64,000 nucleotides of DNA from the NCBI GenBank assembly GCA_001949185.1, contig BDGG01000001.1:1-64000 (forward strand), in the 5' to 3' direction. Numbering within the stretch: position 1 is the stretch's first letter; each line of letters opens with the position of its first letter. The notes beneath the pieces are model-generated. The model searched no databases and was not told where the DNA came from. It saw only the letters and a list, made by a program, of their open reading frames with translations. Below, in pieces: positions 60,972 to 64,000 of this stretch. The translations under genes were made by a program, and so were the position numbers. The DNA is from Ramazzottius varieornatus (taxonomy: Eukaryota; Animalia; Tardigrada).

Positions 60972-62176
60972 ATGCAGAGACCCGAAGAGATTTCTGAGGA
61001 ATCCAGGATGCCATCTTTCCCGCCTCCCCCACCTCCGCCTCAAGACGGGGACCAGCGAGGACCCGGTCCGATGAACCAAGAGCCGGCTCCTCCGAACAAC
61101 AACAGCACCGACCAGAGCAACAACCAGAATAACAATAGCCAGCCATCGAACAAGGCGGAAGAGGAAGGACCGGTCTCCTTCGACGGTGGTGTGAATGAGC
61201 TAAAGATGAATCTGCGGAACATGCAGAACGACCACGAGGAGAAGTTGCGTGTCGTCAAGCGCGGCATGGACAAGTGGAAGCAGATCACTATCCCCGTTCT
61301 GCGTGTTCTCCACTGGGAGAAGAACTGGTACGCCGCTGCCTTGATTGGTGGCAACACCGTCTTCTTTTACCTGCTGCGCTACTGTAACATGTCGGTCTTG
61401 TCGCTTCTCTTCGGACTGGGAGCTGTGCTTGCCCTGATGGACGGCATGCTGCCCATGCTGAGCAAAGCCTTCCTCGAAAAACAGAACTGGTAAGAAAACA
61501 TACTCTCCGCTCTGTTGTCACCGACTCGCGTTTCTGTTGTTGTACGGTAAGTAATTTTAATAAACTGAAAAATTGTTCCGCTTCAACAATTTGCAGATTA
61601 AAAGTCACTTTGCTACACATATCTCATAAATGAGACGTCGGCGAATCAATCCGCTTGGGTCACTTTCCCAAGTGGCGCGCGCCTCTTGGCCAGAAACGAT
61701 GAAAACGTGCGCCACTTGGATTTACAGTCTGGGCGAAATCGTTTGCCGACGTGTCCAGTCTGTCTAAAATATGCACGGGGATACTTAACGTGTTCTGCTG
61801 GATTCGTAGGTCTCCGGAGGATGACAAGAAGTTCGACCAGCTCTGCTCCTGCCTGCTGGAGATGTGGGACTATGCTCACGAATCGATGGGCAGTCTGCGC
61901 AACTTGAGAAAGCAGATGCCACACCTCTTCACTGTCGGTCTGTGCGGACTGTGTCTTTTCGGCGCGGTGGTCAGCAGCAAGTTCAACACGGCCGGAAGCA
62001 TGTACTTCTTGACCACTGGTATGCTCCTCCTGCCCGGTATCTGCGCTAACAAGCAGCGTTTGACCAAGATGCGCGTCGAAGTGGAGAACGCACTGGCTCA
62101 CTCGGCCAAAGGGCGTGTTCCGGCTGGCAAACAGCAAGATGCCAAGCGTGAACCTCCGCCACCTCCGGTGTTTTAA
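60972..62176 (+). CDS. ARL6IP1: ADP-ribosylation factor-like protein 6-interacting protein 1 (reticulon-like ER-shaping protein)
   Basis: VLHWEKNWY...SVLSLL...D..LP.L....W|SPEDDKKFDQLC...LRKQMP. Two exons (60972-61489 and 61810-62176). Confidence 0.85.
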
Positions 62177-62493
62177 AAATAAGCATATGCTTGTGAGAAA
62201 AAGCAGTTCGGTTTTGTGTTTTGAACAGATATCATTTTGGAAAGATATAATGTTGCTGTAATCGTCTGATTGCCTTCCGAAGCCTGAATGTCGGAATAAA
62301 GCGGAAGACTACTCTTAAGGAAATTTACCTGGGCTCAGGGAAGAATAGTCGTGGCCGACGCAGGTTATAGTTGCAATTATGTTTACTCAGTTCGACTATA
62401 CAGAGTCGTCCATCATATGCGGAATGTTCAACTTGCAATTCATAAGAAGTCAGAAGTTTAAAGGTATCACAGAAAAGAAGTTATGGGAAGTAT

Positions 62494-64000
<1,507 letters not shown>

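Overview
Eukaryotic (animal) DNA, gene-dense, with short GT-AG introns. It is consistent with a compact invertebrate genome such as a tardigrade, but the taxon is inference only. About 24 host genes are present. Many are motile-axoneme or sperm/germline related: RIB43A, RSPH1, RSPH9, TEX9-like, ZMYND12, CFAP221-like, a DUF4515-like coiled-coil gene, a divergent adenylate kinase, enolase and CPEB1/orb. Several have RFX X-box-like motifs upstream. Also present: KCMF1, LMBRD2, ARL6IP1, a two-domain Ly6/quiver-like GPI protein, DGCR8/pasha, and a minimal filamin (actin-binding domain joined directly to the last Ig repeat). Transposons: a decayed Harbinger inside an RSPH9 intron, a non-autonomous hAT (perfect 8-bp TSD) carrying a nested Tc4/Tc5-type pogo element, a second hAT-like element and three MITEs. 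Main findings: (1) a pervasive palindromic repeat, CAAGTGGCGCAC-N~25-GTGCGCCACTTG, at about 27 loci, almost all intronic, forming ~82-bp-period arrays, with a sister family of the same geometry; (2) coding lesions confined to RIB43A, CFAP221-like, DGCR8 and KCMF1 while neighbours are intact; (3) the mini-filamin. Gene names come from recognising conserved motifs by eye, not from database searches, and exon boundaries were hand-derived.
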